Shown in pieces: positions 1 to 13,759 of a stretch of DNA of 64,000 bases. Numbering within the stretch: the first letter of the stretch is position 1; each line of letters opens with the position of its first letter. The stretch is from assembly GCF_006345805.1 (NCBI RefSeq), contig NC_043006.1:61318001-61382000 (forward strand), in the 5' to 3' direction. This stretch comes from Octopus sinensis. Taxonomy: Eukaryota. Below the pieces are notes generated by a model. The model made no database searches. It was not told where the DNA came from and worked only from the letters and a program-made list of their open reading frames with translations. Position numbers and translations under genes: made by a program.

Positions 1-200
1 CTCTAATATAATATGTACATACTATAACGGAATCCTAACACGGATCCCTGAATCCAGCATTAGCTGTGATCTTGGAACATAATGGTTGACCAACTATAGC
101 ACTTACCTAGCGTGCCTATTAGTTTAGATCACAAGTGAACTAAACTCATCATATTCTTTATCATTGCCATTAGGAGCACTCAGTATAGGTATTGCTCAAT

Positions 201-1262
201 ATGGATAAACAAATCCTTGGCATATCACTTAAGGGCATACTTATTCCCTCTCAAAATACTTTCCTCCTATTTCTACTTAGCAAAATAAATGACCTTATCA
301 GAAGGATGAGGTGAACGGCTTTCTTCTACGATAATAGGCACATGTTTGATATTAGTATTAATAGATATAATCTTAAATCCCACAAAAACCCTCCTCACAT
401 CCCTATCTGGATAAATTCCAAGCTGACATACTCAACACGTATGAGAACTTAAAATTCTCATAACATTAATCTTTATTCAAAAAACACCTTTCTAAAACGA
501 TCAAACGTATCACTTTCTCAAACGTCTTCTTGGATGAAACTGGAAATATATCTTCTCTTAATACTGAAGAATACATTGACATCATTAGAAAGGAATTATA
601 CAAGTTCTACAAGATAGCCCCGGCGTCCTCACACGATACTATCAGCACCAACTTTGTAAATTAGTAAATAAACTAGACGATCGCACAGAGCCTTACAACC
701 GAAAAGCTCCGCATTTCTACCTTAAAGAGCACAAAGCAGATTTCATAACCAAACCATCTACAAGGCTCCTCTGACCTACCAAATTACACTTAGGACGTAT
801 CAGTAAAAATAGACTAGACAATATAACACTTAACGAAAAAAAATAGACGTCACAGGTGAAGTTATCTATTTTCAACAACTTGCAAACTAAATCACTTATC
901 ATTTCTACACTTTGACATCAACAATTACTACACTTCTGTATCCCCTATCCTCCTTAAGAAAGCTCTCATTCTAGTTAAAAACCTAACTAAATTGATACCT
1001 TTTGAAACAGACGCAATTTTAACTGCCATAAAGACACTCATCTCCTTCGATGATAAGGTACCCACAATAAAACAACTTCTTCGATATAACTACGGACACT
1101 ACAGACTCCGCTCAGGTCACAGATTTCGTCGGATCATACCTCCTCCATCAACTCCGCATGTGTTTCCCTTAACTCAAAGGGGTTTGTATAGGGACGATGC
1201 ATTTTTCGTTACTGCGGGCCTAAATAAATCAGAATTAGAGAAAACTAAAATAAAAAAAAATG
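201..1262 (+). mobile_element. Penelope-like element relic: N-terminal region through RT catalytic core (stops and frameshifts)
   Basis: Manual translation gives MDKQILGISLKGILIPSQ..SKINDLIRRMR*, LKEHKADF..TRLL*PTKLHLGRISK, HFDINNYYTSVS, DSAQVTDFVGSY and GLYRDDAF (YRDD at 1187-1198). These match PLE pre-RT and RT motifs in the expected order. Confidence 0.85.
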
Positions 1263-1314
1263 TAAAGTATAAAAAGCCATCTCAATATGGCTTTCATCGT
1301 GACCTGGTGGTTAC

Positions 1315-1357
1315 CGCCCGTTGATAAGAGACAATAATCTCGAAATCGGTCCGTGCG
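1315..1357 (+). ncRNA. Degenerate minimal type I hammerhead ribozyme motif
   Basis: cgcccg-TTGATAA-GAGA caataa TCTC-GAAA-TCG-GTC-cgtgcg. Stems I and II and the GUC triplet are present, but the core differs from CUGANGA at 2 positions. Confidence 0.5.
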
Positions 1358-1599
1358 TATCGCTCAGGCTTGCGAGGAAGGGATGGCCTCCATTTGCAAA
1401 TACTTCAAGGGCACAGAAAGTGTGCCTAAAGTCAGCTGGAGACGATGATCTCCTGGGGCTATAAAGCTACAGTAACAACCCCACGTTGTGGTTAGCCATA
1501 TTGAGATGGCTTTTATACTTTACATTGTCGAGCGGGTACTGTTTACATCTCGCTCTGGGATTTAATAATGCCTAAAATAAAAAAAACTTCCATAAATTC

Positions 1600-1900
1600 T
1601 TTGCTAATTTCAACTTATCTATCTCCTTTGAAACACTTACAAAAAGGTACTTACTATTATTTTGGAAGAGAGAAATTCTGCACATATAAACACTTTAAAT
1701 TATGTGGAGCATAGCAAATCTAACTCCGTAGCCAACCATATACACCATCTAATAAGTAGGAAGATACCATACAGGATATCCGGGGCTATAATAGAATCTG
1801 GGGTCTCATACCAAGCAGCGTTCCACTTTTGGACTATGCCTAAAAGAAGTCTTCCAAATATTAATACATAATTCACCACAATTAGTAAATATAACAGAAA
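1600..1900 (+). mobile_element. PLE GIY-YIG endonuclease C-terminal relic
   Basis: SVANHIHHLISRKIPYRISGAIIESG..(fs)GLCLKEVFQIL. Homologous to the 7.6-7.8 kb relic and to the PLE end pattern LS.YIW.LK..W.I..C.LCL.EK..IL. Confidence 0.65.
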
Positions 1901-3152
1901 CAGAGCTTTTTCTACACGTTTTCATAGGTCATCACCCCTTAAGTCCTTTATCCAAATGCAAACAAAATCAACACGGATAGCACAACCATCCAAGGTCGTT
2001 ACCGTGTATGTATGTATCTATATATTTATGTATGTATGAATGTATGTATGTATGCATGGATGTATGTATGTATTATGTATACGTGTGTATATGTGCACGC
2101 CTTATTTGTACGCTTGTATGCATATATGTAGGTACGTATGTGTATGTGTATATGTCTGTATGTATATATGTATATGTATATGTATGTATATGCATATTTG
2201 TCTACATTCTATTTTCCCTTACTCTCTATCAACATAATTATCTTAGAAATTAGCTCAATAATTTTAAAGTCTTATAGTTTTTTTTTAGATTTTAGTTCTC
2301 TCGCTTTGTAATTTTAAGTATAGGTTTTAAATTTTAATTTTCAATTTTAATTTTCAACTTTATGTTTAATTCTTAATTATTTATCTAATATCATTTAATG
2401 TCTATGAAGCTTGAAATACAATTTGAATTATATGCACTGAATTATTGCCCTTATAACTTTACCTAGATTGGCTTGCCACACCCATTCTACTGAAACATTA
2501 ACGTTTTGACTTCTAACCCCCATACAATACTGACATTTCCATATCGTTACCTTTATTTATATGTATTTATTTATTTTAAGCTTATTATTCTTCACCCTGT
2601 TACCTCTATCTCCTTTTATTTTTATTCCCTTTCTTCTCTCTCCCATACACACTCACTCACAAAACCCTTTCAGGATATATCTATCATTCCTTTTTCTTTT
2701 ATTTCCTTTTATAATTTATCATTATTACTTTTAGTTATATTTTATCTTTATTTTTATGTTATTCTTCTTTTTCCACATTACTACTATCTCATATCACACA
2801 TTCTTTTTTCTCCTCTCTCTCACCCATACACCCACTCACAAACCCATTTATGCCAATCACACTTCCTCACTCTATATACACATTTAGAATATGAATACTT
2901 TATTCAGAATACTGCCCAAATATTCCCTGGATTTACCGGAGATTTTAACTAAAACCTTGTACCCTCATGAAAGTACTAACCAGCATCCATATCCTCTGGA
3001 AAATTATGAGTTCTGAACATTATTCTCGTGACTACTTTTAATCTTTTATTCCTCTATTTTACTACTTTATTCTTCTATTTTATTCCTGATAAACTGTGAA
3101 TTTTACCCCTTGTAAACTTTAAAATTTTCCCCGTCTAGAATATTCATACCTT

Positions 3153-3228
3153 GTTTCTGATGATAGTATATTGAGGGCACGAAAATGCTAACTAATCATT
3201 TGAGTTATCCCAGAAACGGCTGTAAGAC
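3153..3228 (+). ncRNA. Hammerhead ribozyme-like motif (PLE terminal-repeat type) with long stem II insert
   Basis: gttt-CTGATGA (3157-3163)...tatccca-GAAAC-GGCT-GTA-agac. Core intact; stem I gttt/agac; stem II base partly decayed. Confidence 0.5.
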
Positions 3229-3350
3229 TTCCAATTCAGCTTAATCTGATTAGATTATTCTAAATCAGTTGAGATACTCGTTCTGGCTTGGTTTTGATCT
3301 TCCTCTAATGTAATATAATATAATGTAATGTAATATATGATATAATATAT

Positions 3351-3743
3351 ACTCTTTTACTCTTTTACTTGTTTCAGATTGTGGCCATGCTGGAGCACTG
3401 CCTTTAGTCGAACAAATCGACCCCAGGACTTATTCTTTGTAAGCCTAGTACTTATTTTATCGGTTACTTTTGCCGAACCGCTAAGTTACGGGGACGTAAA
3501 CACACCAGCATCGGCTGTCAAGCGATGTCGGTGGGGATAGCCACGGACACACAAACATATACACACAAATATATATATACATTTACACGAAGGGCTTCTT
3601 TTAGTTTCCGTCTACCAAATCCACTCACAAGGCTTTGGTCGGCTTAAGGCTATAGTAGAAGACACTTGGCCAAGATGCCATGCAGTGAGACTGAACCCGG
3701 AACCATGTGGTTCGTAAGCGAGTTGCTTACCACACAGCCACTC
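3351..3743 (-). mobile_element. tRNA-derived SINE, family A (copy 1)
   Basis: Colinear with copies at 20.6, 35.5 and 48.0 kb. tRNA-like head with B-box-like GGTTCAGTC on the minus strand, internal CA/TA tract, (AAAAGAGT)n tail. Confidence 0.85.
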
Positions 3744-3756
3744 ATATATATATTAC

Positions 3757-3802
<46 letters not shown>

Positions 3803-4371
3803 TAATTCAATTTAAGATGGGTGCCATACGTTGAACGAATATAAATATACTGCGAGCAGGTTCGATAAAAGAAGGCTGCAGTGACCGTCTTGAAGTCGGT
3901 GTTGGCAGAAATGAAAAAAAAAAGAAAACAGAACAATAAATTGAACAATTATAGATCCAATGCAATATTTTACACAAACACATGACACATCTCAAATTAT
4001 AACTTATTCCGCTTCGTTAATAAAATGAAACTTTTCTAGAATAATCAGATCCGTTTATATATGCAATGAGGATTCATGAGATTAACAAACCTTAACTATT
4101 TGACGAAAAATATCAAATGAAAATATTTGTAATGTCTAAATCTTTACAAAGAGGCTATATGAACGAGCTTAATCGTAAATAAGTAAATAATCTAACAGAA
4201 ATTTTGTAAATTCATAACTCTAAATCTTTAACCTTTCCGTTCTATAACCGGTTTATGTATACTCATCTTTATATATACTTTTGTATACACACATACATAC
4301 CAATCATTTACGTATATACACACACACGTACGTTTACGCAGATGCATATACACATACAGAAGTTTGCTTAT

Positions 4372-4374
4372 CCC

Positions 4375-4467
<93 letters not shown>

Positions 4468-4475
4468 GTATATAT

Positions 4476-4530
<55 letters not shown>
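4372..4530. repeat. (ATCT)n followed by (TA)n microsatellite
   Basis: Directly visible tandem repeats. Confidence 0.97.
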
Positions 4531-4533
<3 letters not shown>

Positions 4534-5236
4534 GTTAAAACAAACAAGAAAACACAAAGAGAAAACCACAACGCGCGGACATAGAGTATAGAGTATATAT
4601 CTATTCACGTTATAACATTATTTTGTATGTAATAATTCAAAATAATTAATTCAAAATATTTAAAAATTACTATTGGAATAAAGTGGAGGGAAGTATTTTC
4701 CCGTTTATATAAACAATGCGAAAAACAACATCAATGCGATACGGTCAACGATGAAAACCATTTAAATATATACATACAAAAAGAAACAAGGCAATAAAGT
4801 ACAAACGAAATATCCCGCATGCTAACAACGAGCCAACACAATAAATTAAATAAGCTAAATAACCTATATCTACATATATACCCCATTATTTCTTTACTCA
4901 CATACATATATTTATCGATAGTTTTAAAACAAAGTGAAAAACGTAACAAACTCTATACAAACATAATTGAATTGTATATATACATCAAAACCAAATATTG
5001 TTTTAGCTTCCGTCCAACCCTCACGCTTACATATATACACACGTTCATACATACACACACTCACGTATATATTTAATGCATACATATATAGACTTATACA
5101 TATATACATCAATACACGTATGAATATATATATTTATATATATGTATATATATCTACACATATACACACACCATACATAAACATACACATATATTCATAG
5201 ACACACACATATACACGTGCATATACATCATCATGC

Positions 5237-5267
<31 letters not shown>

Positions 5268-5675
5268 TATATGTATATATACATACACATAGATATACAT
5301 ATATACACCAACGCCACTATACATATGCTCACACATATATACATATATAGTTTCATACCCATATAGATTTATACACCCACTACGCTTCCACACACATATA
5401 TATTTATACACATATACACACGATCTTGCATATATACATATATATACTCATACACAGCTATACATCCACACAGCTACCTATATACGTCTAAATAAACATA
5501 TATATATATATATATATAACTATACACACATGCATATCCATTAAGATATATAAACTGTCATATCTACACAATGACTTTCACATATATAGATGTATACCTC
5601 TTCCCATATATAAATAAACAAAAAAGTAAATATCTATGCCCACATATACACATAAGCATGCTTAGTCACACATGT

Positions 5676-5711
<36 letters not shown>

Positions 5712-5717
<6 letters not shown>

Positions 5718-5843
5718 TAATCCAAACAAGAAAGCACAAAAAAGCACAACAACGCGAGAACGTGGTACAAATAGAGCATTATAGGTCGCTCAGGATAGAA
5801 GGAACGAAGAAGGGTTAATCGTTTCGAGCGGAGCTCTTCGTCG
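5712..5843 (-). mobile_element. PLE-type terminal repeat fragment with hammerhead remnant, embedded in (TA)n
   Basis: Minus strand reads tcGACGAAGAG ctccg CTCGAAACgatt. A diverged end fragment of the same type lies near 4532-4580. Confidence 0.45.
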
Positions 5844-6010
<167 letters not shown>

Positions 6011-6239
6011 ATACAGACATACCATCATTAAGTTCCCACTTTTATATTCAAATCATTAGAATGGGGAAATATTAATTAAATTCTATTTATAATTTCAATC
6101 ATAAGAGTTGTTAATCTACTTCACAATAGTTCAAGATATCTATTATGAGGTATCAAAATAACAGTTTATTAATTATAGCTATAATAAAAAAAATATGTAT
6201 ATCTAATAACTTCATGTTTCTTTTATGTAGGCAATAATT

Positions 6240-7050
6240 ATTTTTTCATCCCTCATGTTAAGTAAAGGAAATCTCGCCATTAGAATAAATAATTACCCAT
6301 TCAAACAAAGAAAGTACTTCTTATTACTTATATTGTAAGTAGGTGCAGTCACCAAGATATCCCATTCGAGATTAAAATTAATTTTTCTTATCTTTAAATT
6401 TTCCAATAAATTTACTTAGTCTCGTCTTTTCCTATTCCGTGATGTATATAAATGTGTTGAAAGACGCTTCTTCATTTCGTTTTTAGTTTATCCTATATAA
6501 ATATATATATATTTTTTATAAATTTCTAAGATAACTTTAAATTGATATACCACGTATTTTAATTTACTTAAATTTTTAGCCATACAGCTATCTAATGTTT
6601 TTACAATAACATGTTTTATAAGAATGGTCATTTATTTTGTTTCGGGAAGAGGATTTAGATGCAACTGGTTTCTGATCATTCTTAATAATAATATTATACT
6701 TATTAACGAAATACCTGGTAGTATTACTACCAATATTTTCTACATGTTCCCAGACATTAAGGGAGTTATTATTAACATATTCTCTATTTGAATAAAATAA
6801 ATCTAATTTTTATTATTATTTATAGAAACTATATTTGTAGATAAGTTATGAGTTGAGCGATAACCTATCTTTATTTTTTTATTATTAATAATTTCATAAT
6901 ATTTATTATTAATATTGAAATGCTTATTAGTTAGCCTATAAATGCATTTCACCAAATTAGTTTTTACTTGAATGGTATATGTGATTATGAGCCATAGTAT
7001 TTTATTAGTATCTACTTTATTACGATTCACCAGGCGCAAACAATACATAT
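6240..7050 (-). mobile_element. PLE relic: post-RT linker plus GIY-YIG C-terminus
   Basis: ORF 6803-7048 contains QVKTNLVKCIYRLTNKHF..KYYEIINNKKIKIGYRSTHNLSTNIVSIN. Further along: LSKFI.KIKDKKINFNLEWDILVTAPTYNISNKKYFLCL. Confidence 0.8.
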
Positions 7051-7254
7051 CTCAAATTACATCTCAAACACGCACCAACCATCACAATTGCAACCAACCA
7101 CACACACTCATCGATGGAACCCTGGAGGGCCTTGCACCTAGGCAACCTAGACCCCCCACACATATTCATTTAACACTAGGTCAAAAACAAAAACAACTAA
7201 AACAGACAACAACAACAGGCCTCGCCACCAACATACCTTTCTCCAAAATATAGA

Positions 7255-7850
7255 TTGCACTCCTTTATCTAAAAATTTAGATAGCACTCCTCCCAAACCC
7301 CCTAAAAAGAGAGGCAGACGTTCTATTCTGTGGTACCCTCCCATTCTCACTTAACGTTAAGAGCATAGCTAAATCCTTCTTTAGAACACTAGACTCTAAA
7401 TTCCCTCGACAACATGAATATCATTCTATCTTTAATCGATCCACCCTGAAACTATCTTATTTTACCTCGCCTAAATTTGAATCTATTGTAGAAGCCTATA
7501 ATCAGCAAAAGCTCTCTCTTTACTATCAAAACTCACATAGCTGCAACTCTAGGAATACGAAGACTCAACACACACACAGCTCCAGCACAAACACCCTTAC
7601 ATTAGACCACAACCCCAACCACAACCGAACCCCTCCTACAACATTCACCAAACACATAAATCATCTCAAAAATATAAATATACCCTATACTCTGTCATGG
7701 GCTATACTGGACTCAGGACTTCCATACCGAGGTCAACGCTCAAACTGCAAACTTTGCCTGAAGGAGGCATTTCACATATTAAAGCACAACTCTCCAGCAT
7801 TGATAAAGAAACATAATGAGGCACCAAGCACATGCATATTCTACCACATT
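7255..7850 (+). mobile_element. PLE relic: post-RT linker plus GIY-YIG C-terminus (different subfamily from 6.2-7.0 kb)
   Basis: KKRGRRSILWYPP-FSLNVKSIAKSFFRTLDSKFPRQHEYHSIFNRSTLKLSY..; TFTKHINHLKNINIPYTLSWAILDSGLPYRGQRSNCKLCLKEAFHIL. Confidence 0.8.
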
Positions 7851-8942
7851 CAAATTCTACCACACATCCAAATGCCTAAACGACCATACAGTACATTTCC
7901 ACAATACCCCTTAGGGAATCCCAATAACCTTATGAATCTACATTTTAACTACTAATCCCTATCTAATTCCTCACTCATATTTGAATATCACAACCATATA
8001 ATTATATTCGTGTTTATGTGTATCCATGCATATGTACGCGTATATGTATGTGTGTGTGTGTATGTGTGTATATATGTGTGAATGTAAGTATGTATGCAAG
8101 GTATATATACCTGCGTGTACAGGGGCAATAACACATGCAGATACACGTATATATGGGTGCGCATATGTGTATATGCATACGAGTAAGATTTGTATATGTA
8201 AATATTGATATGTATAAACATCTGTATAAATATATATGTACATATCTAATATATACACATGTATTCATCTTCACATATATATATTTTCTTCTACTACTAT
8301 GCACCGACCTGTCTAAACACTAAAATCCCTAAGTTCTTCATTCCATACTACTACTCATCTCATTGCCCTATCACTGCACTCCTTTACTTTTTATACCTTC
8401 TCTCTCTCTCTATTACCCCACCTCATTCCTTCTATCTTTTTATAATCTAATACTTTTCTCTCGCTATCACCCTTATTTCCCCATTCCTACTTTCAAATTA
8501 TCTCGACTGACCACTAACTGCTACACTTTCCCTTACTTCTCTATCCTTGTTTTTCTTTTTTCTTTCTTTTCTTTATTGCTCTCCCCTTGTTCTTCTTTTT
8601 CTGTTTTATTTTTATCATTTTATTTTATTTTTATTTTATTCTCTTTCTTTTCTCTTTTCCTCTATTCCTGTTTTCCATTTGACCTTACTAATACATTCCC
8701 TACTTTTAGGTAACTTTAAATAAAACCCTTGATTCAATAACACTGTGTATAAACTCTATACTTGGAATGACCAATTTTAAATACTATTGGATTTTAATCA
8801 TAAAGTATTGGAATCTTATATGTAAACTATTCTGTCTAAATAATGGAGTTACAAATACAATATCCCTGCATTTTCATTCCTCCATCTCACTCTCTATTTC
8901 GTATCTTATCTAACTTAAATATTGCTTAACCATCTTTTCACA

Positions 8943-8993
8943 CCGTCTCCGATGAAGGGATACAATAAATATCCTAAAAACAGCTGTAAGAAC
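8943..8993 (+). ncRNA. Degenerate minimal hammerhead motif
   Basis: ccgtct-CCGATGA-AGGGATA caataaa TATCCT-aAAAAC-AGCT-GTA-aga. Stem III is the palindrome ACAGCTGT. The core has U4 to C and G12 to A changes. Confidence 0.5.
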
Positions 8994-9239
8994 TCTTTAT
9001 AAATGCTCTAAAACCTACACAGTCTTGGTTTTTTTTACCTCGTTACGGAAAAATTTTCTATATAATTATTTTCATTCATTTAGTATGTATTATTTAAAAT
9101 TTTATTCAGGTCTTTATATATCTATGATTTTTATTATTATCATTTGTTTTTATATTATTATTCCTATTATCAAATTTATTGATTTTATTTATATTATTAT
9201 CTTTAATATATTTTAATTTATTCTTATATCCTGCTTTAC

Positions 9240-9520
9240 TTACGTCCAAATCACATTGGTTTTTATTTCTACTAAATATAATTCATTATAAGATAAATCT
9301 GAAATTATCTTACTAATATTATATACTAATGCAGTTTTCGTTGAAGGTGGGCGATTACTTTGATAATTTATATATCTTAATTTATAATTAGTTTTCATAT
9401 ATGGTTCATATATTCCAGATAATAAATTACAGTTCATATCTAAGTAATTAATTGTATAGTATACTTTTTCTATAGTTATACATAGTCCGACTCTTTTCAA
9501 AAATTTAAATAGTCATTTTA
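9240..9520 (-). mobile_element. PLE RT thumb-region relic
   Basis: ORF 9240-9500: GLCITIEKVYYTINYLDMNCNLLSGIYEPYMKTNYKLRYINYQSNRPPS..ISKIISDLS matches the PLE motifs FLDVTFNL..Y.PY.K..YI...SNHPP. Confidence 0.75.
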
Positions 9521-9624
9521 TTATGAGTTCTAGGCGTCTAGAGCATCGTCTCTATAAAGACTCGCATTAGCTCTGGAAATTGGTCTTTTATATTTGCCAA
9601 TAAATACACATATACTAAGTCAGT

Positions 9625-9699
<75 letters not shown>

Positions 9700-11816
9700 G
9701 TGTGTGTGTATGTATGTATGTATGTGTGTGTGTGTGTATGTGTGTATATATAAATATATGTATATATATATATGTGTGTGTGTGTGTGTTTGTGTGTACC
9801 TGTGTATAATTTTTTCAGTGATTATTGCGCCCTTCCCACTAATCATATCTTTCCCATCCAACTCCTTAAAATTGATGCCTTGTAACGTCCCCAGCCCTTG
9901 TGACAAAATCGATCTATTTACAAATATATTGATAGGTAAACAATAGGGAAGGAAAGAAGAAAAAGAAAGAAGAAAAGGTCAGAAAATAAAAAATAAAAAA
10001 TAATTTGTATTGAAATTTCAGTGGGTTGACCACATAGAGTCGAACAAAATCCTTCCCCTCTCTTTATATATATGTCTATCAAGTTATATATATCCCTCTA
10101 TCTATCTATCGATCCTTTCCTCATCCGTTATCATATTTTCTCTTTCTTGATTGATCTCAAACCTCTCTCTCTCTTTCTCTGTCAATTTTCCTCCGCCCTC
10201 CTTGCTTTTCATTCTCTCTTTACCCATGTTTTTCTCCAAAAAATCTAAAAATGTTTTCCTTCATTTCTAAACAAAGCAAGAAAACAAAACAAAAACAAAA
10301 ACAAAAAAAATATCTGATTAATATAAACGATCAGCGAAGCTTTCCGTTTTTAGCATTTTGATTTTGTCTTCACGAGTTTTATAAACAAACAAAATGCTAA
10401 TAAAATTTATCCGAAATACTGCTTGCCCATTATATACATACATACATAGATATACATATATCTACATACATATATATATATATATATATAGTTAAAAGCA
10501 GAATAGAAAATGGAAATAAGTAAAGTAACAATTATTTATCATTGACAGCCCTCTCAATTAATACTCAGTAATTTAATTAAATTTATGTATATATATTCAT
10601 ACACTTCAACTTTTCCTTCTATTGCATAATGTTCCTGCTAACTATACATTGTATATCTGAATCTATTTTCAGTAGCGCTCCAATTTTCGTGAGATTGCCC
10701 TCTTCATTGTCTTTGAAGAACAGCATATACCCCACATTGAAATTGCATTCCACTTCACGAGGGCAGAACTATTTATTAAAATTATGTTAGTGCATTTATT
10801 ATATATACATAAACATACACATACACACAGATATACGTAACGATATACACACGCATATGTTTATATAAATTTCTAATGACAATCATGCGGTTATTGTCAT
10901 AGATGACGAAATTGTTTTAACTTTAACAATTTCTAATATATTTATTCATAAGCAGAAACTCACGCACACGCACAATAACTCCTCCACACAAATATATATC
11001 AGTCATTGTTTATTATTATGCACAGACATTTTGTTTAAAATCTCTTAATTAGAATTGATTTCCTTTAAGTTATATACCAATATGGTACTCATGAAAATAG
11101 ATGTATCAGTGACTGAATATATACATACATAATGCATTATTAAACCAGAGAAAAACAACAATGGCACGTATATGATTTATTATCAAAACCACAGACTCTG
11201 GTGACAAAGACTCAACACGCACTGGCAAATCCTTCCCCACACATACATTCTATACACATATATAGGTATTTATCCATTTGATTGATATCACCTTTGATAA
11301 ATTTCTAATATTCTTTAATACCATTGAATTGTCGGTATTTGAAACGTAAAGTATTGATTTTGTTTCTGTAGAGGCATTGTAAATAGAAAGAAGTTAAAGA
11401 GTATTTTGTAAACCCCGAGGTATATCATGGAGAAAGTATTACGTTACTTTGGAATATGTGACGCCAGAGCAACTAGATTCTCTCCTTGAATAAAGATTAA
11501 TCTTAAGCGATGGACATATGGACGTCGTCAATACCTGAGACACCCGCATATCATTCATCTTTTATTGTCATCGGATAACTTCAGTAATACTTCCATGTTC
11601 ACACATTGATAACAAATTCCATTACATGCACAAAACCATATACTCGCACGTATACACATACAAAAACACGCACACAGGCACACATATATATGTATATATA
11701 TTTAACCATATGTATACATATATATAATCTATCTCTCTGTATATATATATATATATATATATAATACACAATATACACATACATACATATATAATTTAAA
11801 TTTGCCTTGCCGAAGT

Positions 11817-12645
11817 AACTGTTTTCTCAAAGGAGTATTTTATGGTTGAATTGCATGAAATACGGATTAGAAAATCAGCCGACAACTCGTTTCGTTTTTG
11901 CAAAAACAATTCATATTCCACGTATTCGTATTTCATGTGTATAGACGTGTAGATGTAAATATATACGTATGTATATATGCACATATACATTAGTTATATG
12001 TCTTTTTCCAAGTAAGTTTTATTTTAATAATTCTGATGCAATTCTATTCTATTATTTTGCTATTTTTTTGTTCTTTCGTTTATTCTCTTCCTTTCTCTAA
12101 TTCTTTTTATTTCCACTTCTCCCCCTCTCGTTTTTTCTCTCTCATCCTTTCTCTGATTTTTCCCTCTCCCTTTCTCCATTATCTGTGTGTCACTCTCTCT
12201 CGCTCACTCTTCTTAGTTTGCTCTCTCGTGGATCCCACGTAACCATCGGTCATCTTTCTTTCTTTTCCAAACCTGTGAATCTTTCTTTCTTTCTGATTTA
12301 GTTGGACGAATCAACCCAGTCTTGCCAGTGTCTTGTCCAATCTTGCTTATTCGCGTTCGCCACCTCACCTCATCTAGGCTTAACAGCCCTTCGTATTTGT
12401 TTTCACTGTCCTATTTTTGTTACCAATAATGACCATCCTCAAAATCCCAAAGTTTATTTAATTTGCTTTTCGGGAGCAACTGTTTTATCGAAGGCATATC
12501 TTGTCGGTGGCTTGCTCGAAATACGGATTAGAAAAACAGCCGACAACTGATGAAGTGTCGTTCATTATGTTACTTGTTTTATTTTCTATTTGTTTCTTTC
12601 GTGTTGTTGCAAAAAGTTCATAATATTCCATGTATTCGTATTTCG
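11817..12645 (+). repeat. Pair of diverged direct repeats 661 bp apart
   Basis: aactgtttt...GAAATACGGATTAGAAAA(T/A)CAGCCGACAACT at 11857-11887 and 12518-12548, each followed by ttgcaaaaa..tattcca(c/t)gtattcgtattt. Confidence 0.6.
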
Positions 12646-13019
12646 TATCTTATGTTTTCGTTTTTTTATATTGTTTATGATACGTGACATCCTATGCCCA
12701 CATATGCAAACTTTTTGTTTAGTTTCAGTTCGATTAGTTCGACTAAAAGTCAAATGACTGAAACAATTAAAAGAATGAAAGAATAAACAAATATTCACGT
12801 AAATACACACACACACACGTAAACAGGAACGCCTTATATGTTATATACACATATATATGCATAGAAATTTCTGTTTATCTACAGTCCACACAATCTAGCA
12901 ACCTATCTATGTCTCCATCGATTCATCGATCCATCCATCCCTCCATGTATACATGTATGCATGTATGCATGTATGTTTGTAAGTATGTAAGTATGTATGT
13001 ATGTATGTATGTATGTATG

Positions 13020-13170
<151 letters not shown>

Positions 13171-13759
13171 CTATCTAAGTGCGTGTGTTGTGCGAGTGTG
13201 AGTCTGAAGATATGCATTTCAGGAAAAACTCCACAAATTACACAAGTAAAATTGTGAGACAAAGAAGAGTAAATAAAATCCTGAGCAGTGACAGATGAGG
13301 AATAGCACCTCTCTGAAAAAGCGCAGAAATATAAGTCAACAAGATCTGCAATTATAGAAGTGCACAATAATAATAAACACGGTGAAGGATGAGACATAAG
13401 CTTATCTCCTATTTCGAGTTAGTAGTTGTTATTAAAGATAACAAAATGTACAACACCGAATAATGAGGCATCTCTTCACATAGTATGTTTGGGCTAGAAT
13501 AAATGATGCAGTGTAATGGACATTAATAAAGAAGTACCAGGATAAAATGAATAAGCTGTTTTTAAGTTAGCGATTATGAGTTAATATGTGATTCACCTCC
13601 ATGATCACAATCAAATATCAAAATAATGAATTATGTACATTTACATATCTTTGCTTGTTAAAACTTCTGTGCTGATTAAACTTTCCGTGTTATCCCATTT
13701 ACATGCCGGTAAAAAAAAATGAGAACTATTAATAAACGACTAATATTGCTTCTATAATG

